DNA of 32,000 nucleotides from Cereibacter sphaeroides 2.4.1 (GTDB lineage: Bacteria; Pseudomonadota; Alphaproteobacteria; Rhodobacterales; Rhodobacteraceae). A program made the translations under genes and the position numbers. Shown here in pieces: positions 16,850-25,145 of the stretch. The number at the start of each line of letters is the position of its first letter. Position 1 is the stretch's first letter. The notes beneath the pieces were generated by a model. That model was not told the DNA's origin. It saw only the letters and a program-made list of their open reading frames with translations, and made no database searches. The DNA lies in NCBI RefSeq assembly GCF_000012905.2, contig NC_007494.2:90001-122000 (forward strand). The letters run 5' to 3'.

Positions 16850-18142
16850 ATGAACGAACCCAGCCCCGACATGCCGCAGGGTCTGCCGCCGCGCGAGGTG
16901 CCGCCGCTCCGGGCCGAGCCCGCCGAACGGTCGGGCGCCCGCCACGCGCGCGAACTCGAGCGGCATCTGGGCTGGCTCGACAGCTTCACCGGCGTGGCGC
17001 TCGGCGTGCTGGCGGCGGCCTCGGGCATCTATACCTATCTCGGCGTCCGCACCCTCCTCGACGATACCGGCGCCTGGACGACCTTTGCCGCGCTCTCCTA
17101 TTCCATCGCCGTCTCGGTGGGGATCTTCGTCTTCTGGTCCTACATGATGCGGCTTCTGCCGGCGATGCGCAGCGCCGCCTCGCGGATCGGGCTCCTCTGC
17201 TCGATGGCGCTCGGCAGCCTCGCCATCATCGCCATGTCCTCGTGGCTCAATGCCGCGGCGCTGGCGGGGGCGGCGGCGGTCGAGCAGCATCTGGCCGAGA
17301 CGGTGCAGGATTATCAGGCCTCGCTCGAGCGTGCGCACGCCAATGCCATCGCGGGCCAGAGCCTCGCGCGCGACGTGGCACGGGTGCGCCAGAGCTTCGG
17401 CGATCTCTCCGAGCAGGAGGCCACGGGCGATCTCTCGGGCTTCGCCGGGCGCGGCGCCGTGTTCCGCGTCCTGACCCAGAAGGCGGCCGAGCTCGGCGCG
17501 CTCGAAGAGCAGATCGCCGCGCAGGATGCGCCGCTGTCGGCCGCCTTCGCCGAGGGCAATGCGATCCTCAGCCGGATGCGGGCCCTCACGGTCGAGGCGG
17601 GCCCGGTCGAGCAGCGTTCGGTGCGCTTCTCGGAAGAGGCGGTGCGGCTCGCGGGCATCGTGGCGCAGCTGCGGCAGCTCAATGTGGCGCCGCTCGTCGC
17701 GCGTGCGGCGCAGGATCTGGCCGAGTCCGTGGTGCTGCCCGAGCTCGACGGCCGCTCCGATCTCGCCCGCTCGAGCCAGGCCAGCACCATCGACTCGGTC
17801 CTGTCGCTGCTGCGCCAGCGGGCCGAGACCCTGCGCGGGGCCGCGGCCGAGGTCGAGGCGCTGCCTCCCGCCGAGGAGACGGTCTATACCCCCATTTCGG
17901 CCGCGGATGCCGTCATCCGCTATGCCGGGAACTTCGTGCCGAGCTGGGCGGGGGCCATCGCGATCGACCTTCTGCCGGCCGTCCTCGTCTTCATCGTCAT
18001 GGTCACGCAGGCCGCCATCCGCGCGGGCCGGGGCGAGGGCGGGGCCGAGGAAACCATGACCGTGGCCGAGCTGCGCGCCGCGCTGGCTGCCGCGCGGCTT
18101 CTGCAGGAGGTCGAGCCGCAGAGGGATCCGAGGTCGCCATGA
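16850..18142 (+). CDS. Hypothetical membrane protein: 3 N-terminal TM segments, a long alpha-helical/coiled-coil region and a C-terminal TM
   Basis: 430 aa from ATG 16850. Hydrophobic segments include GVALGVLAAASGIYTYLGV, FAALSYSIAVSVGIFVFWSYMM, IGLLCSMALGSLAIIAMSSWL and WAGAIAIDLLPAVLVFIVMV. The middle ~270 aa is Ala/Glu/Arg/Leu-rich. I recognise no family. Confidence 0.65.
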   Translation: MNEPSPDMPQGLPPREVPPLRAEPAERSGARHARELERHLGWLDSFTGVALGVLAAASGIYTYLGVRTLLDDTGAWTTFAALSYSIAVSVGIFVFWSYMMRLLPAMRSAASRIGLLCSMALGSLAIIAMSSWLNAAALAGAAAVEQHLAETVQDYQASLERAHANAIAGQSLARDVARVRQSFGDLSEQEATGDLSGFAGRGAVFRVLTQKAAELGALEEQIAAQDAPLSAAFAEGNAILSRMRALTVEAGPVEQRSVRFSEEAVRLAGIVAQLRQLNVAPLVARAAQDLAESVVLPELDGRSDLARSSQASTIDSVLSLLRQRAETLRGAAAEVEALPPAEETVYTPISAADAVIRYAGNFVPSWAGAIAIDLLPAVLVFIVMVTQAAIRAGRGEGGAEETMTVAELRAALAAARLLQEVEPQRDPRSP

Positions 18143-18861
18143 GCGCCGAGGCCGCGCCCCGGCGGGCCATCTGGGCCATGCTGATCCTGCAGGTGGGCAT
18201 CGGGGCCGCGCTGATCGGCATGGATCTGGCGCGCCCCGCGCCGCCCTCGCCGGCCGATCTCTTCGCGCCGGCGAGCGTGCCGCAGATGCGGCCCTACCGC
18301 CCCGATCTGCGCCCCGCGCCGGGCACCGACGGGCCGCAGATGCGCCCCATGCCCGCCCGGCTCGAATTCGGCGGCGAGGGCGCGCGCGTCACCCTCACGG
18401 GCCAGATCGCGGCGGGGGATGCGGCACGCTTTTCGGCCCTTCTGGAGCAGCGGGGCGAGCGGCCCGAGGTGGTGGAGCTCGACAGTTCGGGCGGCGTCGT
18501 GTCCGAGGCCCTGCTGATCGGCCGCCAGATCCGCGCGCTCGGGGCCGCGACCGAGGTGGAGGCGGGCGCCGTCTGCCTCTCGGCCTGCCCCTATCTCCTC
18601 GCAGGCGGGGTCGAGCGGCGGGTCGCCGAGGGCGGGCTCGTGGGCGTGCATCAGCATTATTTCGGCGAGAACAGCCTCTTGCCCGCCTTTCTTGCCGTTG
18701 AGGATGTGCAGCGCGGGCAGGCCGAGGTCATGCGCTATCTCGACGAAATGGGCGTGGACCCGCGCCTGATGATGCACGGGATGGAGACGCCCGCGCGCGA
18801 GATCTACATGCTCGACGCCGCCCGTCTGGCCGAGTTGCGGCTGTCAACTGAAGGCGCGTGA
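18139..18861 (+). CDS. Membrane-anchored ClpP/crotonase-fold protein (COG3904-like predicted periplasmic protein)
   Basis: 240 aa. Its ATG overlaps the upstream stop (ATGA at 18139-18142), with GAGG 5 nt upstream. It has an N-terminal TM (AIWAMLILQVGIGAALIGM), a Pro-rich linker, then VTLTGQI / LDSSGG / GAVCLSACPYLLAGG / VGVHQH. By eye these resemble ClpP VFLTGQV / INSPGG / GQAASMGAFLLTAG / MIHQP. Confidence 0.7.
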   Translation: MSAEAAPRRAIWAMLILQVGIGAALIGMDLARPAPPSPADLFAPASVPQMRPYRPDLRPAPGTDGPQMRPMPARLEFGGEGARVTLTGQIAAGDAARFSALLEQRGERPEVVELDSSGGVVSEALLIGRQIRALGAATEVEAGAVCLSACPYLLAGGVERRVAEGGLVGVHQHYFGENSLLPAFLAVEDVQRGQAEVMRYLDEMGVDPRLMMHGMETPAREIYMLDAARLAELRLSTEGA

Positions 18862-19059
18862 CCCGGCCAGCCCCCGCAGCGCCGGATCCCGTGGTTGCTC
18901 GATCCACGGGTCGGCCGCCATGCTATGGTGGGCTGACACCCGGATCAGTGCGACCGGCGGTTTTGTCCGGAGGGCCCCTTCCTGCGGCGGGTCGAGGCTT
19001 TCCGGTTGATGTCAGTGCCTCGGCATGCCTTGCCTCGGCGGCACGGCCCGTCCCGCCCG

Positions 19060-19617
19060 TCAGTCGCGCGGACGGCCGAGGAAGCGCGCGAAGCCTGCGA
19101 GGAATTCGGTCAGCCGGGCGCGCGTGGCCTCGTCGGTGAGGGTGCCGTTGCCGTCGAACAGCTCGCCCGCGCGCGAGACCATGAGGCGGCCCTCGAACCA
19201 GGGCTCCATCCCGAGCGTGCGGATCACCGGCAGCCAGTGGGTCTGGGCGAGCGTGGTGCCGAAGTTGCCCGGCGAGGCGCCGATGATCGCCACGGGCTTG
19301 CCGCGGAACAGGGTGCGGCCCGCGGGCGGCCGGCTCATCCAGTCGATCGTGTTCTTGAAGGCGCCCGGAATGCCGTTGTTGTATTCCGGCGTCACGAGGA
19401 GAAGCGCATCCGCCGCGGCGAGCCCCTCCTGCAGGCGCACGACCGCCTCGGGCAGGCCGGTCTCGGCCTCGAGATCGCCGTCGTAGATCGGCACGTCCGC
19501 GATGGAGTGGACCTCCACCTCGACGCCCGCAGGCGCGAGTTCGGCCGCGGCCCGGAGGAGGCCCGCGTTGAACGAAGCCCGCCGGAGGCTGCCTGCCAGT
19601 CCGAAGATGCGTGTCAT
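19060..19617 (-). CDS. NAD(P)H-dependent FMN reductase (ChrR/YieF-like)
   Basis: 185 aa from ATG 19617. It carries GLAGSLRRASFNAGLLRAA and LLLVTPEYNNGIPGAFKNTIDW, typical of the FMN_red family. The ORF extension to 19779 is unsupported. Confidence 0.85.
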   Translation of the reverse strand: MTRIFGLAGSLRRASFNAGLLRAAAELAPAGVEVEVHSIADVPIYDGDLEAETGLPEAVVRLQEGLAAADALLLVTPEYNNGIPGAFKNTIDWMSRPPAGRTLFRGKPVAIIGASPGNFGTTLAQTHWLPVIRTLGMEPWFEGRLMVSRAGELFDGNGTLTDEATRARLTEFLAGFARFLGRPRD

Positions 19618-20017
19618 CCCTGTCCTTCCTGTCCCTGTCCGGAGGCGCCTGACCCGCCCCGGCCGCCCCACTCTGACCGGAGAGGCGGGGATTGGCGAGA
19701 GGCCATGGACGGGGATCACGAGGCGGTGCGGGAAGGCCGTTTCCTGATAAGGCCTGCCCGGCGCGCTCGGGGAACCCATGCCCCACGAGCCGGCCCCTTA
19801 GAGCCCGACGGCGACGGTCCCGGTCGCGCGCCGCGGGGCGCCCCACCTTCGGCGGCGGAGAGCGCCGCCTGCGCAAAGCTCTTTTGCCAGGGGCCGCGCC
19901 CCATTGCCTCCCGTCGAGGAAGCTGGAAAGGTCAGGCGATGGCAGGATGGGGGCAGGCGCCTCCGCCGGGACGCGCCGGCGGTCCTGCCCCGATTGCGGC
20001 CGCGGAGGGAGACCGGC

Positions 20018-21289
20018 ATGACGGAGTGGACGGACGCCTCGGCCGCGGAATTCCTGCGCCATCTCTTCACAGAGGCGGTGGAGGCCTCGAAGCCCGAGGC
20101 GCGGATCGCGCCCCTGCTGCCGCCGCCGCCCGCGGGCCGGATCCTCGTTCTCGGCGCGGGCAAGGCTGCCGCGGGCATGGCGCGGGCGGTCGAGGCCCAT
20201 TATGCCGATGCGCCGCGCCTCTCGGGCCTCGTCATCACCCGCCACGGGCAGGGCGAGGCCGCTCCGGGCCGGATCGCAGTGCGTGAGGCAGCCCATCCGG
20301 TCCCGGACGAAGCCGGCATCGCCGCCACGGAAGAGCTTCTGGCCCTGACTCAGGGGCTCGGGCCCGAGGATCTGGTGATCGCGCTGATCTCGGGCGGCGC
20401 CTCGTCGCTGATGGTGGCGCCGCTCGCGGGCCTCACGCTCGCGGACAAGGTGGAGCTCAACCGGGCGCTTCTCGCCTCGGGCGCCACGATCTCGGAGATG
20501 AACTGCCTGCGGCGGCACCTGAGCCGCGTGAAGGGCGGCCGCCTCGCCGCGGCCTGCGCCCCGGCGCGGGTGCTGGCGCTCCTCGTCTCGGACGTGCCGG
20601 GCGACGATCCGTCGGTGATCGCCTCGGGGCCCTGCCACGGCGATGCCACCACCGTCGCCGATGCGCAGGCGGTGCTCGGGCGCCTCGGCCTCGATCTGCC
20701 CCGGATCGCGGCCGCGCTGGCGCGGCCCGAGGCCGAGAGCGTGAAGCCCGGCGATCCGCGGCTCGCGCGCGTCGAGAGCCACATCGTCTGCTCGCCGCAG
20801 ATGGCGCTGGAGGCGGCGGCCGAGGCGGCACGGGCGGCGGGAGTTGCGGCCCATATCCTCGGCGATGCGCTCGAAGGCGATGCGCGCGAGGCCGGGCGGC
20901 TGATGGCGGGGATCGCGCGGCAGGTGGTGCTGCGCGACCAGCCCTTCGCGCGGCCCTGCCTGCTTCTGTCGGGCGGCGAGACCACCGTCTCGATCCGCGG
21001 CCCGGCCGGCGTGGGCGGGCGCAATGTCGAGTTCCTGCTGGCCTATCTGCTGGCCGCGCGCGATCTGCCGGGCTGGGCGCTCGCCGCGGACACGGACGGG
21101 GTGGATGGTGGCGCCGAGGTGGCGGGTGCGGTGGGCGGGGCGGCCGTGCTTCAGGCTGCGGGCCGCGACCCGGCCGAGGCGCTGGCCGGACACGATGCCC
21201 ACAGCTTCTTCGCCGCCGCCGGTGCGCAGGTGGTGACCGGCCCGACCGGCACCAATGTCAACGATTTCCGGGCGATCCTTCTGCCGTGA
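20018..21289 (+). CDS. Glycerate 2-kinase / putative hydroxypyruvate reductase (MOFRL family, TtuD-like)
   Basis: 423 aa from ATG 20018 (SD GGAGGGA). Family motifs are VLGAGKAAAGMA, LISGGASSLM, LRRHLSRVKGGRLA, LLSGGETTV and TGPTGTNVNDF. Confidence 0.85.
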   Translation: MTEWTDASAAEFLRHLFTEAVEASKPEARIAPLLPPPPAGRILVLGAGKAAAGMARAVEAHYADAPRLSGLVITRHGQGEAAPGRIAVREAAHPVPDEAGIAATEELLALTQGLGPEDLVIALISGGASSLMVAPLAGLTLADKVELNRALLASGATISEMNCLRRHLSRVKGGRLAAACAPARVLALLVSDVPGDDPSVIASGPCHGDATTVADAQAVLGRLGLDLPRIAAALARPEAESVKPGDPRLARVESHIVCSPQMALEAAAEAARAAGVAAHILGDALEGDAREAGRLMAGIARQVVLRDQPFARPCLLLSGGETTVSIRGPAGVGGRNVEFLLAYLLAARDLPGWALAADTDGVDGGAEVAGAVGGAAVLQAAGRDPAEALAGHDAHSFFAAAGAQVVTGPTGTNVNDFRAILLP

Positions 21290-22292
21290 CGGCCCGCTCG
21301 CGGAACACCGCATGCTCGCCCAGATCGACCGTCGCTTCGCCCGCGAGGAGCTGCCGGTAGAAGTCCTCCAGCGTCTCGGTGCCGAAGGAGGGCGTGGCCT
21401 CCGCATCGTAGCGCCCCGTGGCGGGATCGAGGACCAGCATCGACTCGGTCGCGTAATAGCGCCCGATCCGGGCGAGCTCGGCCTTGTCGCGGAGCGAGGG
21501 CAGCAATCGGCCTCCGAGGGAGAGAACCGCGATGATCGCATCGAGCAGCGCCACCGGCACCTGACGGATCTTCGGCGGGCGGCCCATGAGCCGGAACAGC
21601 ATCTCGGCCTGCGCCCGCGGGGTCAGCGCCGGCCCCGGCCCGCCGATGGGCAGGATCCGGTTCCTGAGCGCGGGATCCTCGAGGCAGAGCGCCATGTAAC
21701 GCCCGAGGTCGTCGTCGCTGATCGGCTTGCAGGCGGTGAGGGTGCCGTCGCCGAAGACGAGGAAGGGCCGGCCCTCCTGCACCCGCTTCACCTGTCCCGA
21801 GAGCGACTTGAAGAAGGCGGTCGGCCGCACGATCGACCAGGCGAGGCCCGAGCGCATGAGCTCTTCCTCGGAGGCGAGCTTCGCCTGCTGGAAGGCGAGA
21901 AGCGGCCTCTGCACGCAGATCGCCGAGAGGAGCACGACCTGCGTCACCCCCGCCGCGCGGGCGGCGGCAAGCGCGTGGGAATGGGCCGCATGGTCGATGG
22001 CCCAGGCGTCGCGCGGCACGCCCGTCCGCGAGGCGAGGCAGGAGACGAGCGCATCGAACCGCTCGCCGCAGAAGCCGTCGCGGGTGAGCGACTGCGGGTC
22101 GGTCACGTCGCCGTAGCGCAGGACCGCGCCGTCCGGCAGGCGCGCCTGCCGACGGGTGCCGCAGGGGCGGAGAAAGCAGACGACCTCATGGCCGCGCGCG
22201 AGCAGCGCCCTCGCCGTCGCCTGCCCGATGGTGCCGGTGGCGCCGAGCATCAGGATCCGGCGCGGAGCAGGCAGGGGGGCGGTCTCGGACAT
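21258..22292 (-). CDS. bciA: Divinyl chlorophyllide a 8-vinyl reductase (NmrA/SDR-like)
   Basis: 344 aa. It is colinear by eye with plant and bacterial DVR/BciA: MLGATGTIGQ, LVSCLASR, LLSAICVQRPLLAFQQAKL, SIVRPTAFFKSLSGQV, CKPISDDDL, LPIGGPGPALTP, IGRYYATESMLVLDPATGRY, TPSFGTETLEDFY. Confidence 0.9.
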   Translation of the reverse strand: MSETAPLPAPRRILMLGATGTIGQATARALLARGHEVVCFLRPCGTRRQARLPDGAVLRYGDVTDPQSLTRDGFCGERFDALVSCLASRTGVPRDAWAIDHAAHSHALAAARAAGVTQVVLLSAICVQRPLLAFQQAKLASEEELMRSGLAWSIVRPTAFFKSLSGQVKRVQEGRPFLVFGDGTLTACKPISDDDLGRYMALCLEDPALRNRILPIGGPGPALTPRAQAEMLFRLMGRPPKIRQVPVALLDAIIAVLSLGGRLLPSLRDKAELARIGRYYATESMLVLDPATGRYDAEATPSFGTETLEDFYRQLLAGEATVDLGEHAVFRERAVTAEGSPGNR

Positions 22293-22530
22293 GGCGGAAC
22301 TCCTCGGGGCAGGCGGGCCGCTCGACCCTAGCAGGCGCGGGCCGGCCGGGAAGGAGACTTAGGGTCGCGTGCTGCTGCAGGGGGCGGATCAGCCATGGCC
22401 GATCAGAAGCTCTCACATGACACAGGGCCGTATGCCTCTCCAGGAGGCGGAGGGGCGCATCAACCCGCCGCGTGCCCCTGCGGGAGGCGGTGCCACCGCG
22501 TCCTGCCCGTGCCGGTGCGCGCTCTGGCGC

Positions 22531-23820
22531 TCAGGCGCCGGTTACGCGCCAGATCACGTCGCCCACATCGTCGGCGAGCAGAAGCGAGCGGCGGTCGGGG
22601 CCCACCGCCACGCCGACCGGGCGACCGTAGGCCAGCTTCTCGTCGTCGGACAGGAAACCGGTCAGGATGTCCCGCGGCGGGCCGGAGGGCCGGCCGTTCG
22701 CGAAGGGCACGAAGATCAGCCGGTAACCGCTGAGTTTCGAACGGTTCCACGAGCCGTGCTGGCCGATGGCCATCCCGTCGCCGAAGCCCGGCAGCGTGCC
22801 CGCCGGCACCCAGCAGAGGCCGAGCGAGGCCGTGTGTCCGCCGAGCGCATAGTCGGGCGTGATCGCGCGGGCGACCATCGCCGGGTCCTGCGGCACGCGG
22901 TCGTCGACGATCCGGTTCCAGTAGCAATAGGGCCAGCCGTAGAAGCCGTCCTCCTCGACGGAGGTCAGATAGTCCGGCGGGGTCTCGTCGCCGAGCCCGT
23001 CGCGCTCGTTGACCACGGTCCAGAGCACGCGCGTCGTGGGCTCCCACGCGAGGCCCACCGGGTTGCGCAGGCCCGAGGCATAGATCCGGGCCTGACCGCT
23101 GGCGAGGTCCAGCTCCCAGATCGCGGCGCGGCCCTCCTCGGCCTCCATCCCGTCGTCGCCGATGTTGCTGAGCGAGCCCACGCCGGCATAGATCCGGCGC
23201 CCGTCGGGCGAGACGATCAGGCTGCGCGTCCAGTGCCCGCCGGGCTTGAAGGTGGTCAGGCGCCGTCCCGGCCCCTCGAGCCGCGTGGCGCCCGGACGGT
23301 AGGGGAAGGCCATAATGCCGTCGGTGTTGCCGACGTAGAAGGTGTCGCCCACCAGCGCCATGCCGAAGGGCTGGCTCTGGTTCTCGAGGAAGGTCTCGCG
23401 CTCTTGCGCCTCGCCCCGGCCGTCCGGGTCGCGCAGGAGGGTGATGCGGTTCGGGCTGTCGCCGAGCGCGCGGATGCGGCGCATGGTGGCCTGCGCCGCA
23501 CGGTCGAGGAGGGTCTTCGGCGGGGTGGGAAGCTGGCGCGCCTCGGCAACCAGCACGTCGCCCGAGGGCAGCACCTCGATCCAGCGCGGATGTTCCAGAT
23601 CGCGGGCGAAGGCATTGACCTTGAGGCCCGGTGCGGGCGTCGGCAGATGGCCCGGCGCCCAGCCCTTGGCCGCGGGCATCTTGAGGGTCATGATGCCCTG
23701 CTTCTGGGCCTCGGGGATGGCCGGGCTCTGCCCGATCGCCTGGGTGCCCGGCGATCCGAACCGCCGCATCAGGACCATCGTATTGCCGACGATGGCGGTG
23801 GCACGCGCCAGGAAATCCAT
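22531..23820 (-). CDS. PQQ-dependent sugar (sorbosone/glucose-type) dehydrogenase, beta-propeller
   Basis: 429 aa. Motifs typical of the soluble aldose/sorbosone dehydrogenase family are LRNPVGLAWEP, NERDGLGDETPPDYL, DGFYGWPYCY and GHTASLGL. The exact start (23820 or an internal Met) is uncertain. Confidence 0.85.
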   Translation of the reverse strand: MDFLARATAIVGNTMVLMRRFGSPGTQAIGQSPAIPEAQKQGIMTLKMPAAKGWAPGHLPTPAPGLKVNAFARDLEHPRWIEVLPSGDVLVAEARQLPTPPKTLLDRAAQATMRRIRALGDSPNRITLLRDPDGRGEAQERETFLENQSQPFGMALVGDTFYVGNTDGIMAFPYRPGATRLEGPGRRLTTFKPGGHWTRSLIVSPDGRRIYAGVGSLSNIGDDGMEAEEGRAAIWELDLASGQARIYASGLRNPVGLAWEPTTRVLWTVVNERDGLGDETPPDYLTSVEEDGFYGWPYCYWNRIVDDRVPQDPAMVARAITPDYALGGHTASLGLCWVPAGTLPGFGDGMAIGQHGSWNRSKLSGYRLIFVPFANGRPSGPPRDILTGFLSDDEKLAYGRPVGVAVGPDRRSLLLADDVGDVIWRVTGA

Positions 23821-24196
23821 TCGCTGTCCTCTTGCTTTCCCCGAAGGCTAGCGCCGCCGGCGGGACGGTCAATCCCGGAAGAGGTATGGGTGCGGCTTCA
23901 CGCAAGCCGTGTCCTGCCGGGCTGCGGAGACGCGCGGCTGTCCGGCCGGCCAGCGGGAGAGGCGCATACCCGGCAGGGGTTCGACAGGCGCGCATCGCGC
24001 CTATTATTCAGTAAAATGAAATGGCTGATGCCTTATCCTCATTATTCTTCTGAAGAGGCAGGCCTTTGATCCAGCCGATCCGCCCGTTCAAGTTCCGGTG
24101 AGGCGGGCCTGCTCCGTGCCTGCGGGGGGCGCGCCTTAAGCTCGGCTTAAGCTCCGGCCCCGAAGCGGGCGCAAAGGCAATATCAGGAGCAGAGAC

Positions 24197-24748
24197 ATGA
24201 GAACCATCAGCCGACGCAACGCGCTGGGACTGGGCATCGCCGCCGCGGGAGGCCTCCTCCTGCCGGCTCAGGGACAGGCGCAGGTGCATCGGGCCAACGT
24301 CTCGTCCTTCCGGATGCAGAGCTGGGAAGAGCATTTCGACAGTCTCGGCAAGGGCGCCATCGTGGCCGACACCACGTCGCGCGCGCTGCATTTCTGGAGC
24401 GGCGACGGGCGGGACTACCGGATCTATCCGACCTCGGTGCCGATCTCGGAAGAGCTGACCAAGCGCGGCTATACCGAGATCGTGCGCAAGAAGGTCGGGC
24501 CGTCGTGGACGCCCACACCCTCGCAGATGGAGCGCTATCCCGACTGGAAGCCCGTCGGCCCGGGTCCCGAGAACCCGCTCGGCACCCATGCGATGTATCT
24601 GGGCTGGCCCGCCTACATCATCCACGGCACCCACGACACGCGGAAGATCGGCCGCCCCTCGTCGGACGGCTGCATCGGGCTCTACAACGAGAAGATCGCG
24701 GAGCTGTTCGAGCTCTGCCCGATCGGCACGCAGGTCCGGGTGATCTGA
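24197..24748 (+). CDS. L,D-transpeptidase (YkuD/ErfK family) with a Tat-type signal
   Basis: 183 aa with SD AGGAG at 24185-24189. It has the twin-arginine-like SRRNALGLGIAAAG and the YkuD catalytic motif IHGTHDTRKIGRPSSDGCIGL. Confidence 0.9.
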   Translation: MRTISRRNALGLGIAAAGGLLLPAQGQAQVHRANVSSFRMQSWEEHFDSLGKGAIVADTTSRALHFWSGDGRDYRIYPTSVPISEELTKRGYTEIVRKKVGPSWTPTPSQMERYPDWKPVGPGPENPLGTHAMYLGWPAYIIHGTHDTRKIGRPSSDGCIGLYNEKIAELFELCPIGTQVRVI

Positions 24749-24757
24749 GGCGACGGG

Positions 24758-24793
24758 CCCCGCGCAGGCCGGCCCGGGCCGGTCTGCGCGGGG
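24758..24793 (+). terminator. Long GC hairpin CCCCGCGCAGGCCGGC-cccggg-GCCGGTCTGCGCGGGG, 10 nt after the L,D-transpeptidase stop
   Basis: About 15 bp of stem including one G-T wobble, read directly. There is no T-tract. Confidence 0.5.
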
Positions 24794-24826
24794 CGGTGAG
24801 ATGCGGGCGAACCACTCGTCACGGGG

Positions 24827-25012
24827 ATATCTGAGGCGGACCCTGCTCAGGCCGACAGAGGCCCGTCCGCGTGAGGACGAAGCACGGGCGGTCAGGTCCG
24901 GGCGGGCCGGCTAGCGTCCGATATCTGAGGCGGACCCTGCTCAGGCCGACAGAGGCCGTCGCGTGAGGACGAAGCACGGGCGGTCAGGTCCGGGCGGGCC
25001 GGCTAGCGTCCG
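24827..25012. repeat. Tandem direct repeat, 2 units (94 bp at 24827-24920; 92 bp at 24921-25012), near-identical
   Basis: The units differ only by a 2-nt indel (GAGGCCCGTCCGCGTG versus GAGGCCGTCGCGTG). Each unit contains internal inverted repeats (CGGACC...GGTCCG, CGTG...CACG, CTGAG...CTCAG). Confidence 0.9.
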
Positions 25013-25145
25013 TCCGGCTTGGCGGTTCGGCGGAAATCGTTTCCGAGCATCGGCGGGGGAGGTCGCCGGACGGCATCGCCAACGACGTTGGCGATGCGTC
25101 CCTGCTCTCGGATCAGATCCCGCCGGCGCAGCCCTCGGGCAAGGC

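Noticed and set aside
22293-22530. PpsR (TGT-N12-ACA) repressor sites upstream of bciA, as found at many photosynthesis genes.
   Set aside because: Reading both strands, I found no TGT...ACA pair with 12-nt spacing in this interval. Only ACA-containing CACATGACACAG is present, without a partner half-site.
24016-24069. PqqA precursor peptide next to the PQQ-dependent dehydrogenase (the mini-ORF MKWLMPYPHYSSEEAGL).
   Set aside because: It lacks the conserved Glu-x3-Tyr cross-linking motif and the typical 22-30 aa length, and no pqqBCDE genes are adjacent. It is kept only as an AT-rich mini-ORF curiosity in the findings.
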